Of a DNA stretch of 64,000 bases, positions 30,505-43,597 are shown one piece after another. The stretch comes from Amoebidium appalachense (lineage: Eukaryota; Protista; Ichthyosporea): positions 5,468,889 through 5,532,888 of the forward strand of contig CAVNZM010000012.1 of assembly GCA_963693365.1 (NCBI GenBank). Reading direction: 5' to 3'. Each line of letters starts with the position of its first letter. The first letter of the stretch is position 1. The notes below the pieces were generated by a model. It had not been told where the DNA came from. It saw only the letters and a list, made by a program, of their open reading frames with translations, and did not search any database. The position numbers were made by a program, and so were the translations under genes.

Positions 30505-33500
30505 AAGAAGAAGTGTGAGAGGGCGCACACACTTAGGCCCTAATGTATGCTTCACCCCGCACATTAGAACGTAAATCATAATCACCCGCAAAGAGCTTCG
30601 ACATATCGTAGGAGCAAAGAACAAAAAGCAAAAGACAGAATAAGCCATCTTGCATCCACCCTCCACCTCCCTATGTCCATACCCCCTCCCTCCCCCCCCC
30701 CCCCCCCCCCCCCCAAAAGCATGTCTATCGCACCCTTTATCATCTGGGTGGCCACGGCCACGGCAGCAGGCTGGCCCTGCACGATTGCCGTGTGCCGGTG
30801 AAGGTCCAGTATGATCTGGCTAGCCCCTGCCACCTCGCAGATACTGTCTGTGCCGTGCCGCAGCAGCGCCCTCAGGCCCACGGTGCCCAGCTGGGTGGTG
30901 TAGCGGCCCTGCCAGAGGCCAGCAAGCAGGCCAACCTTGGCCCCTGTTGCTGCCTGCACGTGCTGGCAGCGCCGTGCAGGCGCACTAGGCCTGTGGGGCT
31001 GTTACGGTGCACAAACACCCCATGTCTGGTCCCCAGGCCCTGCAGCTGGCGCACCACCCAGCTGCTGGCTAGCAGGCTGCTGTGGGCCTCATCCACTGAC
31101 AGAACCTGCCCTGCATGGTGCAGAGGGTGGAGGGGGGCATGTGAGCACAGAACTGCTTGTTGGGGGGGGGGGGGGGGGGGGAAGGGGGGAGGGGGGAGGG
31201 GGAGTTTCTGGGCTGGTGGTGATAGCAGTGGTGTGGGGAATCACTGGTTAAAATGGGGGAGGAAAAGGGGGGGGGGGGGGGGAGGGGGGATGTGTGTAGG
31301 GATACTGGGAAGGAGAGAAAGGTGAAAAACGTAAGAGATATAGTGAGGAAAAAGACCTGAAGAGGTGTATTCTGAATTTCAGCAGAGTAAATGTGCCGTT
31401 CTTTTGTGCAGGCCGATATGGAGAAGCTGCCCCCCTCCTCCCCCCTCTTTTTTTTTTCGTTTTTTCTTTTTCTTTTTCTTTTTCTTTTTCGAAAGTTCTT
31501 CTTTTTCTTTTGTTGGGAGGGGGGGGGGGGGGGGGGGGGGATAATCTGCAGTGAGCATGCCATATTTGCATTTCATGCATTGAGGGATTGATAAGAACCT
31601 AACTAGTTATTTTTTGCAGCACCAACAGCCAACCACAGCCCACAGCCCACCCCCCGTACCAGCAAGCAGGCCATCGAATGCACGCTTGGCCTCGGCCAGG
31701 CCGGGGCCCGTAGCACTGCTGATCCTGACCATAGGCACGGGCCCAGACTGCTGATCCTGACCATAGGCACGGGCCCAGACTGCTGATCCTGACCATAGGC
31801 ACGGGCCCAGACTGCTGATCCTGACCATAGGCACGGGCCCAGACTGCTGATCCTGACCATAGGCACGGGCCCAGACTCGTACACGTGCACCGAGATGTTC
31901 CTCTCGCCCCTGACATTGCCTCCATCAACACCAGCCCCCTCCAATTTCTCCTTCAGCTCGTTTATATTCTCCTTCACAAGCGTTAATAGTGCCGGCAGAA
32001 CCTTGAACTTGACTGACACCACTCTGGTGATTGTGAGCCCAGCCGCACCCTTGTCCCCCTGCTCTGTACTGTGTTTTGCCGACCACTCTGCGGCTCGCCT
32101 AGCCCCCTCCTCTGCCTCATATGTGGCCAGGGCCCGCCTGGTGCTGCTGCCGCCTGTTTGTTTGGGCAGCACGTCGAAGGCCAGCACGGGCCCAAACTGC
32201 TGCAGCCTCTCACGCACATCCTGCTCGCTCAGTCCTGCTGGCTGCGGCCCAGGCGCCAGATCTGACGCCCCCGGAAACCGGCCCAACAGCTGCTGCCTGC
32301 CATAGCCGCTGGGGAGGTTGCCCACCCACACCGTGTATATGGTGCCTGCCCGTCTTGCCCCTCGACCAAACGGCACATGTGTGGGCTGCTTGAACGTGCA
32401 CTTGAGCCTGGCCCCCATAAACGGTACCCCGTCGTTCTTTAGTGCAAATTTCTCTGCAGCGGCGGCACTGCGGTTGTGCACAAAGGCAAAGCACGAGGGC
32501 GCCCTCCACTGCAAGCACACTGTCCTGTTCTGGACCATAGTGGTGTCTGTGCCCGCTGCCTGTCTGGCCGTGACCCTGTCTCCGTCCACCACCAACCCTT
32601 GCAGGCCCTCCACGAGCCCCCCTTGCCTCTGCCTCGTGCTCGTACGTGACCACCGCCGTGCCTGTGCGCCCAATTGCACCTGTTCCCCCTGGGGCGGCCC
32701 TCAGCTGCACGTGCAACACCTTCCCGTAGTTCTCGGCCACAGCTGTCACCCTGGCCGCACATATACCACTGGGCAAGTTGGATAGCGGCACGTCACTCCT
32801 GTCCCCTGCAAACACTAGGCGGAAGATACACACCCCGTCCTCCACGTGTGCACGGGTGGTTCCGGCCACCGCCACGACCCTCGGGCACACTGTCTTGTCT
32901 TTGTGCACAACGGTGGTTGGGTTGGGTGCCGACGTAGCCATGACTGTTGTTGGTTGGGATGGGGAAGGCACAGTTGTTGCATCGGTGGGGTGAAGGAATG
33001 GACACAGCCGTTTCTGCATCGGTTCTGGAGGTAGAATGTGCACACCGGGGGGGTTGTAACAACGGGTGTGGAGGTACTTGGGGTAGTGCAGGTTTCTTGC
33101 TGGTGTGGCTGTGAGGGATGCACAAAGGGGCAGGCCGTGCCATTGCGGCAGCTGCCAGCCCGGTAGAACTTGCACTCAGTCCCAGCACTGGCACCATGCT
33201 GCGTGGGCCCATGAGTTTGAAGATCGTGCCAAAGACACAAACGTTACTGTTAATGCAATATTCCGGATTTTTTTTTAGTTTAGAAAATAAAAAAAGAAAC
33301 AAGCACTCGGTATCATGCAAGACCCTGTTTTCACACACGCTGGCACTGCAAAAGTAACGTATGCAGCTGAACTGCAAGCACCAGCATATACTCCCTATGA
33401 CTCTATGAACCATGCCAGCCATGACATCTAAAGTTATAAAATTAAATTCGTCCCAACTGGCAGCTTGCCCAAGACTTTTCTTTGAAAAAAAAGGGGTGTT

Positions 33501-33789
33501 TTTTGACATTCCTGGTCTGCTAAACAGCAACCGGGAGATTGCCATAACACCATCTGGTGTGATCTTGACATGAACACTTAGTAGACCACCTCACCTGCAC
33601 AAGCGCTGTGTGTAAAAGCTGGCAACGCTCCCCATTTCTACATGCACCCCTGGCATCGTGAATGCAGGGGGTCTTGGCCGTGGTTGGTGCTGCTGGGGCA
33701 GTGGCAGTGGCGTGGAAGAACGGGCAGGCTGAGCCAGCCCGACAGTTGCCCTGGGCAAAATAGCGGCAAGGAACAAGTAGGGTGGCCAT
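29375..33789 (-). pseudogene. CCCH zinc finger + RRM + RBR (RING1-IBR-RING2) E3 ubiquitin ligase gene, frameshifted
   Basis: CCCH fingers: CRYFAQGNCRAGSACPFFH, CIHDARGACRNGERCQLLH, CKFYRAGSCRNGTACPFVH, CTFYLQNRCRNG/CPFLH. RRM-like: LSNLP, VWVGNLP, LQQFGPV. RING1: CPVC..CGHGYC. IBR: CVTPDC..CPGC..CTSC..H..C. RING2: IEKSSGCNHMTC..CRAHICWVC. Frame changes near 33005, 32625, 31715-31877 and 30960; two zinc-ligand losses (CPPR, CPRW). Some lesions could be assembly errors. Confidence 0.8.
31715..31877. repeat. Perfect 32-bp tandem repeat, 5 copies, inside a coding exon
   Basis: actgctgatcctgaccataggcacgggcccag starting at 31715, 31747, 31779, 31811 and 31843. Confidence 0.95.
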
Positions 33790-34235
33790 GCTGCTGGCTA
33801 ATAGACCACCAACGCAGCCCTGGGGGTCACCAAAATGACTGAAGTAGATTTCTTTCCCCACTATAGTCCTGCAAGACTCTTGCAAGGCGGCTCTTCTATC
33901 ATCAGTCAGCAGTTCGCACCATGTCAAAGAGAGCTGTCAAAGTGAACAGCAAGCCACAAAACTCCAAAGAGCAACTTGGAGGTGTTTGCGCAATCACTCT
34001 TGGTGCCGTTTAGGCCAATTAGATGTCGAGAAAAATTTGAACCCCATATAGGTTGAATATTTTGTGTTGCGCATTTTGATTGGCTAAAAATGCAGCACCC
34101 GTGGCTCACACTTGCGGCTCACGCAGTCACACAACAGGAGCAAACGGAAGAGGCAGTCAAGGTTCAACTTGTGACGGCTAGGCCCCTAACAAATCCGCAT
34201 TAGGTTCGTCATGCTTGTGCACCGCAGCAGATAGG
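33790..34235. promoter_or_regulatory. Putative bidirectional promoter region (RBR gene / IP3 receptor)
   Basis: Only 446 bp between divergent ATGs. Contains CCAAT (~34014) and ATTGG (~34079) and is free of microsatellites. Confidence 0.55.
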
Positions 34236-34862
34236 ATGTGGGAGCAGGCCTTGTTTGATACGGGCCGGGAGGACAGCTCCCAGGTGCTGCGGTTTGGGGA
34301 CGTAGTGAGTCTGTACACAGAGAGCGAGGACCCCAAACTTGCCGGGTTTGTGAGCACCCTTGGGCTCATAGATGACCGCTGCATCCTTCGGCCATTTGAG
34401 TGCAAGCCCGAGGGCAATAACCTGCCCAGCAAATTTCGAGACTGCCTCTTCCGCATATGCCCCGCCAACCGTTACTCGGCACAGCGGCAGTTCTTGAATG
34501 CTAAGAACCAGCAAAAGGCGCAACAGCACGGCACAGACCACTTTGCGGAAGCAGTGACGCTGAAAAAGCTGCAGGTACGGGGGCATAGGGTTGGTGCTAG
34601 GGGGTACTCAGTGCGGGGTATTTGGTGAAGGCGTACTTTTATACTTCGCTATGCCCTTGTAAGGCCTTTTGCAAATTTAACACTGGCTAGCAGCAAGCGG
34701 CGGAACTCGAGAGGCGACAGAATGAGCAGGACACGAAGAGAGCGTTTGGCTCACGCGTGGTCTACGGGCAGCCTATACAGGTAGCAATCCCGGCCTATAT
34801 TGTTGCCACCAGACACAACCACACGCACACATACACAGACGCGCGCGTGTGCGCGCGCACGG

Positions 34863-34909
<47 letters not shown>

Positions 34910-34922
34910 ACACGCGCGCGCG

Positions 34923-34978
<56 letters not shown>

Positions 34979-35057
34979 GATGCACACACACATATAACCA
35001 CGGTCACAACCGCGTGCACACGCGCACACTCAGACAGACACACATTTGCGCGCACAT

Positions 35058-35121
<64 letters not shown>

Positions 35122-38100
35122 GGAGAGGGAGAGGGAGAGGGAGAGGGAGAGGGAGAGGGAGAGGGAGAGGGAGAGGGAGAGGGAGAGGGAGAGGGAGAGG
35201 GAGAGGGAGAGGGAGAGGGAGAGGGAGAGGGAGAGGGAGAGGGAGAGACACACGGATGCTGCACAGGCACACATATGAACATAAACGTACAGATCGACAC
35301 TTACACACACGAGTACCTGCACGACCTTCGCACAGATTCGCACACAAACACTTACATTCAACAGAAGTGGATCACTCACACTTGTACATGCACTTGAACT
35401 TGCACCCACACACACACGGAGCACAGCAACATGCACGTGGATATGCTATGCCGTTGGCTGTTCCTAGTGGCCACCACACACGTACAGAAGCACACACACA
35501 CACACACGTGGAAGACACGTACATGTTTGTAAAGCACACAAAGACTGATCATTCACAAGCACCCACCAGTGTTTATAAAGTGTTAACACAGACAGCACAA
35601 ACACATGGAGTCATCAGGAAACATGCAAACTATTACCCATGCATAACCCAAGACGTGTATTATACACGTGTTGTACGTTCAAGTGGCTAATTATAAGTAT
35701 TTTATGTGCCCCCGTCTTACTATGATGTTTCCTTTTGGCTCACCACATAGTGTTGTGATCAGGCTTCGTGCGCGCAGGGGGTATGTGTGTTTGTGTCTCT
35801 GTGAGCGTGCAAACACGTGGTTTATTTTTAAATGCCCGTTGCTGAGGTAGGTAGGTATGTGGTGGCCGTGGCATGTCAGATATTTCTGTGTGCTCTGGGC
35901 CAATCCATCCTCGTGCATTAGGCACCTGCACATGCATTGTACACCCTCACATTATGAGACAACATACACCCTCAAATTATGAGGCAACATACACCCTCAA
36001 ATTTTGAGGCAACATACACCCTCAAATTATGAGGCAACATACACCCTTAAATTATGTGGCAACATACACCCTGAAATTATGTGGCCAACATACACCCTCA
36101 AATTATGTGGCCAACATACACCCTGAAATTATGTGGCCAACCTACCCCCCCTACCTATATGGCCAACATACCCCCTCTACCTATGTGGCCAACATACCCC
36201 CTCTACCTATGAGGCAACATACCCCCCCTACTCTATGCGCCCAACCTATACACGCTACTCTATGCGCCCAACCTATACACGCTACTCTATGCGCCCAACC
36301 TATACACGCTACTCTATGCGCCCAACCTACACACGCTACTCTATGCGCCCAACCTACACACGCTACTCTATGCGCCCAACCTATACACGCTACTCTATGC
36401 GCCCAACCTATACACGCTACTCTATGCGCCCAACCTATACACGCTTCTCTATGCGCCCAACCTATACACCCTACTCTATGCGCCCAACCTATACACCCTA
36501 CTCTATGCGCCCAACCTATACACACTAGTTCTGCGGCCACCATACCCGCTCTACCCATGTCTATCCATAGTGCTAGTGTACATGAACACGCATTGACCTT
36601 GGCTGCAGCTGCTGCACCAGAAGAGCAACAAGTATGTGACGGTGCACCGCATGCCTGCCCTGCTGGAGAAGAATGCCATGAGGGTCACCCTGGAGCCCCA
36701 CGGCAGCGAGGTAGTCTCCATCCTGGCCATGCATCTTGATTTCCCCCTCCCCCCCCCCCCCCCCCCCCCCACTCCCCTTCCCTCTCCCCCCCCTCCCCCT
36801 TCTTTCCCATCTCCCTTTTTACAAGGACTTTGTTTTTTGGCGTGTACGTGCTGCGTACCAAGGGTTATGTCAAGACCAATTAATTCTGTTTTGGTGTTAC
36901 GCCCGAATTTCAACTGCTTGTAGTAATGAGAAGGCAATCTGCTCTTCTAGAACCAAGGAACACGTGTGTCTGTCTGGCAGCTGTCATCCGTGCACACATG
37001 CCAATGCTCACTTGCTTGCTACAGGGGACGTGGTTCACCATCATGCCCTGCTACAAGCACCGCACCACCGGCAACGAGGTATGATGGCACGGGCAGGGGG
37101 GAGGGAAGGGGGGGGGGGGCTTGTTTTTTTTTCCTGGGGGTGTGTGTGTGTGTGGCGGGGGGAGGGAGGGAGGGGGAGGGGGGGGGGGGGAGAGGGGAGG
37201 GGCGAGTGGAGTGGGCTCGATGCGATGTTGGTACCTGGGGGGGGGAGGGGGGGGGGGTTGGGAGAAGGGGGGGGGGGTAAGTGACAGGGGAAGGGGGGAG
37301 GGGTGGGGGGGGGGGGGGGGGGGGGAATGGAAGGAGGGGAGGGGCAGGGATCGAGGGGAGGGATAGAGGTTGGCTGAGAGGCGAGGGAACGGGGAGGGGG
37401 GAAGGAGAGCGAAGAGGAGGAAAAGGGAGAGAGTGTGTTTGGACGTATCCTTGTGTACACTGGGGTGCGACGGAGCTGAGGTGGACACGGGGGGATGGGA
37501 TGGGATGTATGTGTTGAATGGGAGGGCAGCTACCTACCGCTTGTCGTGAATCTGAGTGTGGAGGGTGGATACCCGGTGGACTGCATGTAGTGCTTGTGTT
37601 TTTCTCTAGTGTGGCTGTTTAAAAAAAAAAAAAAAGGTTTTGGAGAAGAAATCAACGGAATGTCGGTGTGGGAGGGTGCGAGGGAAGGACACAGACAATC
37701 TCTGATCTCAACTCATTATTTGGTCATCCTGGTCTGTGTGAAGGTTGTAAGGGAACCGACGGGGTATTGGGGCAAAAAATGCGGGGCCAAGGCTGCGGCA
37801 AACAGTTGATAGTAGCCAAGGATAGTAGAAGGTGTTTTTGCTGGCAATGTACGTCATGTGTGCGTAATGGAGGGTATGGGGGCCAGTTTTCTTGCTGTGT
37901 TTGGTGGATGGGTGGTGATGGTTGGTGGGTGCAGGTGATGACGGGGGACAAGGTGTCCCTGGTGTCGGGCATGGGCAACCCCCTGCATGCCAGCACCATG
38001 GATATCAGTGGCCACGACAGTGCAAAGGAGGTCAACATAGCTGCTACTACAACTAGCTGGGAGGTACGGGGCACAGTGCACATGTGCACACACGCACACA

Positions 38101-38183
38101 GGCACATGCACATGCACACATACAAAGGCACACACACACACACACACACACACACAGGCACACCCACCCACACACATGCACAT

Positions 38184-38246
<63 letters not shown>

Positions 38247-39204
38247 CAGGCATGGTCATCAGTTGAACAAATTAGCGCCCACGCACGTGTGAAAGGACAT
38301 ACACACACGGACACACACAGTTACAACCTAGGAGCCACAACATGCAGCTTTCCACGCACAGCATCATTCAGGCAGGCACCTATTTGCCTGGTTGGCCATA
38401 TGTCCTCCTGCACACAGAGCGATAGCAGGCATGTGCACGTGAGAACACACAGGCGCACACTCACACCCATACACTGCCACACCCAAAAGTCCATGCAACC
38501 ACACACGCCAATCAGTCAACCGTAGCCACATGCGCTTACACAAACACTTGTGAATGTGCATGAGTGTTTGGCACTATCAATGGCCACACACAGCAGAACA
38601 CCCACATACAGTCCTCTCTCGGACACGGGAATGTGTCAGGTTGAAGAGCATTTTGTGGGGGGAAAGGAGGGGAAGGGGGTGAGTGCACATTGCTCTGAAG
38701 AAGCCCGTACATATATCTCGTGCCGCCATGCATGGCTAGCTGCACCAGACACACATGCACACGGAACGCAAATATGCCGATGTGCCCGTGCCCACCATGT
38801 CTGTGGGGCGGCTTCTCTAATGCCTGCCTGGCCGGGCGCAGTTCAAGCTGTTTCTGGAGTACCACCCGCACTCGGAGGAGTACCTCAAGGGCGGGGATGT
38901 GGTGCGTCTCTTCCACTCGGAGGAGCAGAAGTTCCTGACGTGTGATGGTATGCATGTGGCCCAGGGGGGGAGGGGGGGGGGGGAGGGGGGGAAGGGGGGC
39001 AGGGAGGGGTGTTGGGGGGGAGGACGGGTTGAGTCCCCTGCTTGCTGACAACACTCACTCCCCTGCAGTGTACAAGGAGGAGAAGTGTGTGTTCCTGCGC
39101 ACTACAGGCAGGACCTCAAAGTCCTCTGCAACTACCTCCCAGGTATCGTGCCTGCCCCTCCCCTCTACCCGGCCCCCCTTCCCGTCCCCTTCCCCCCCTC
39201 TCCC

Positions 39205-39235
<31 letters not shown>

Positions 39236-41405
39236 ACACAGACACACACACACACACAGACACACACACAGACACCACCAACTGCACGGTGTGCTGACTG
39301 CTAGTGCACTTGGGACACAGGCCATGTGGGAGGTGGAGGTGCGCACGGCCGAGGCCACGGGCAGTGGTCTGGGGCTGTGGGGCAGCCTGTACCGCTTCAA
39401 GCACATGGCCACGGGCGAGTATCTGACTGCGGCCGTGGACCGCACGGCTGCAGCCCGATCCGGGGGTGGGCCCTCGGACCATGACTGTGGGTGGCCCCAT
39501 GCACGGCTCATAGTGGGCATTGTGGGGGGCGGGCTAATGGCTGGGCTGATGGGCTCTGGCAGGCCCCTACCATCTGACCACCACACCGGACCGCAATGAC
39601 GATAACACGCTGTTTGAGCTGACACCAACAAACATCGAAAAGCCAGACCAGTCGGTGGGTGGCTTGCTGCAGCCCTAGATGTGTGTACCTGCTAATGGCA
39701 GCGTGGTGAGAGGAAGCAGGACTATGTGGCCCCTGATATAATTTGCTGATCGGAATGGGGGGTGGGCAGGTGGCACGCAACTCATATGTGCGGCTCAAGC
39801 ACCACCTGTCATTCCGCCACAAGTGGGTCACGTCCACATCCATCCCCATCGACAAGGACAAGGCCAACCCCATCATGATGAAAGTGGTGCGTATGCTGTG
39901 CCTGTGCCTGCACGTGTGCATGGTGGTGATAAGAACGGGCCAAGTGCGGGCCTGTGGTAGTAACGGCCACTAGGACAGCCGCCAAGGCAAGGGGGGATGG
40001 GATGAAATATCTCAGTGTGGTGATGTTGTTGGGTGGGGGGGATCGGGTATTTGTCTTTTAGGCCAAATGATTGGGTGGTTGGTCGTGGTGGTCGCGGTGT
40101 TGGGGGATTTGGGGGGGGAAGGGGGGGGGGAGAGGGGGGGGATGGTTGGAAAGGAAGGAATAGAAACAAGGAAGAAGGGAGTTAGTGATGTTTTGGGGCA
40201 GGCGGAGGAGCATGGGCACATGGGCGAGCACTGACAGAGGGGGTGCAGGGGCTGTCCAGCAAGCGGGAGGACAAGGAGGCGTTTGCGATTGTCCACGTGC
40301 ACTCGGGGGAGATCAGGGACCTGGACTTTGTCAACGACGCTAGCAGGCTGCTGGCTGACTATGCGGCTGAGCTCAAAAAAGGATTTGTGGACGAGGTGTG
40401 TGCTGCAATGCACTGCCTTGTTTTTATATGTTCATACCGCTCGGCTGGTGCCGCTGACTGAGCTCACAACTCTTGTGGAGGTTTTTAAACGATAGATTGA
40501 GCTTGAATAAATTGTGAGTGTCGACAGGTATCTATCTCATCTACAAACTTCTCTCGTTTTTTCATATAGGGTTGGTCAAGTTTTTTTGGAGCAAGATTCG
40601 AGATTTTGGGATAGTTTTGGAACTGGCATCGGATGTGACTGAGTGCGGCCAATGATAATCTGTTCCTTTCATATTAGCCCAATCACAAGTTTGAATCGAG
40701 TGCTCGTACAACAAATAGTTAGCTGCTTTTCATCAACTTCGTGTTCACATAGAAACCACAAACTCGCTCTTGTTCGAGGTGCCATCCCCCCATCTCTATG
40801 TGGCGAAACTGCCGGCCCAAAGAGGTCCATGGCCGTGTATCTGACACATGATGGATGCAGGGCAGCCACTTTCAGCACGAGACCAAGTCAGCCATTAAGC
40901 TGTTGGGCGATCTGATCTGCTTTGCCGTCGATGCGGACTTCGGGACAGGCGATGTCTTTGCCCTGCTCAACCGCACCCCAAACAGGTGCAACCCCTGCAC
41001 ACGCACGGCGTTTTTTTTTTTTTGTTTTGGTGGGGGGGGGAAGGCAATCATTGACGGTGTGTGTGTGCAGGGACCGGCAGAAGCTGCTGCGTGAGCAGAG
41101 TGTAGTGGATGAGGTGTTTGAGATCCTGGCCGCACCATTCACGGACAAAGGTGCCCTACCTGTCCCCTCTACCAGCACATACGGCCCCGACTGCTAGCAG
41201 CAGGGTTACTCACGTGCTTGCAGGGTTCAGTGGGCGCATGATGCGCCTGGAGCAACTGCAAGACACCAGCAACAAGCGCTTCAGTGATATCCGCATGCTG
41301 TGCTCCCTGTGCTACCGCCTGATTAGACACGTCCAGCAGGACTATAGGGTGCGTGGCCCCACGTGTGTGTGCATGGTGGGTGGGCTGCATGCAGGGCACT
41401 GACTA

Positions 41406-41478
<73 letters not shown>

Positions 41479-41504
41479 GTGTGGGTGTGTGGGTGTGTGT
41501 GTGT

Positions 41505-41536
<32 letters not shown>

Positions 41537-43555
41537 GGTGTGGGTGGGTGTGGGTGTGGTGTGCTTGTGTGTGTGTGTGTGCATGTGTGATGGTTGTGCG
41601 TGTGCATCTGCATGTCTGCATGCATGGCGGCGTGTGTGCTTGTGTGTGTGTGCGCGTATGTGTGTGGGTATGTGATTTTTGCCTGTGCATGTGGTTTGAG
41701 CAGAAGAACCAGGAGTACATTGCGCAGCGGTTCGGGTTCATGCAGCAGCAGATTGGCTACGGCGTCAGGGCCGAGGAGACCATCACAGCGCTGCTCAACA
41801 ACAACCGCAAGCTGCTGCAGGCCAAGATACGGGACAAGGAGATTGCCACGTTTGTGCAGCTGCTCAAGGCCACCCCCTACCAGGCATGCAACATCGGCTA
41901 CCTGACAGACCTGTGCTCGTCTAACGGCAGGGCCATCCCCGTGACACAGGAGATCATATGCAGGCAGGTCAGTGTCGTGTGTGGTAGGCGCCTGGTGGTG
42001 GTGTCTGAAAACACTGTTGATCTGTGCGGGATGCTGATAGCATGGCAGGATCACTCCACTTGACAATCGTCCCTCCCCTGGCATGCTTGCGCACGTACGC
42101 AGGCACATGCACAGGCACACATGTACAGAGGCGAGCAAACACGAGCGGAACACCATATATCGCATGGATACACGTGTGTGGATACACGTGTGTGCTGTGT
42201 TTGCGCAACGAACATAATTGAGGCCAGATGCTTAAACACTGCATGCTGTCCAACAACTAAGCCCTTTGTTTTTCTGCAGGTGCTGTCAGAAGAGAACAAG
42301 GACATTCTGATCGACACAGGTGGGTGGTCTGGCCTTGTGCAGGCACACAGCCCCCCTCCCCCCCCCCCCCCCCCCCACCCCCGCCACCACCACTGACCAT
42401 GCCTGGCTACAGATTTTGATGGCAGCAAGGTGACCCTAAAGTGGACCGTCACAGACCCAAAGAGGGGGCCAAGGGAGAAGAGGGTGGGCCTGGATGAGCT
42501 GGTCAGCAACAAGCTCGACAACAACAGGCACGTAAAAAAAAAAGGGGAGGGGGGGGGAGGGGGGAGAGGGGGGGTATTGGGGGAGGGGGTGGGGTGGGGT
42601 GGGGGGGAGGGGGGTGAGAGGGTGGGGGGTGGGAGAGATATCAGGATGCTGAATATTTTTAGCAGGGAGTCAGCCAAGATTCTGGAGTACTTCCGTGCGC
42701 AGCTAGACCTCTACTCGATGATGTGCCTCAACCGCCAGTACATTGCTATCAACGCCCTCAAGCAGAAGCTGACCATCCCCGTAACATGGCCCCTATCCAT
42801 GCATGCCTTGAGGGGTTACACACAGATTGCTGACATCTAACCAACCAGATGCTGCTGCACTGCATGAACTCCCGGCTGCCGGCAACCCTCAGGGCCTCGT
42901 TCTGCAACCTGCTGCGCCACATGCACGTGGACTGCGACCCCCAGGAGGTCCGTGCCTGTGTGGTTGCTATCCATAGCCGCCACATTGTCGTGTATTTTTA
43001 TCGACCTTTGCTCTATCTTTTTATGGTTTTCTTGCATCATCTTTTTATGGTTTTCTTGCTCCATCTTTCAGGTGTTTGTTGTCAATAATGGCCATGTTCC
43101 CGTATCTAAATGATCAGGATTATCTCTATTATTGTGGTGAGCCTGGTCTTTCATGTTCTGTCCTGAGGCATGTGGCATACCCTGGATGGTGTCACCTAAT
43201 GGCTGTGTGGTAGCAGTAGGGTTAACCGCTATTGGTGCTGTGCAGACGGTGACGCCAGTGCAGCATGCCCGGCTGTGGAGGGAGCTGAGTGCTAACCCTA
43301 CCGGTGAGCCCGACGTGCCGGCCCCCACCACAAGAATACCCCCAGAGTATGCCCCCCCCCCCCAATCCCCCCTTTCGAAAAACGGGGGAAAAGGTGGCGG
43401 GGGGGGGGGGGGGGGGGGGGAGGGGGGGGGGGGGGCAAAAGGGGGGATTGGAAGGGGGGGGGTGAGGGGGGAGCTTACTGATGCTTTCATTCATTTCCTC
43501 CTCCTAGGAAAGTCAATTGACGATATACGTAAGAGTGTTGAGTCTACCATTGCCA

Positions 43556-43597
<42 letters not shown>

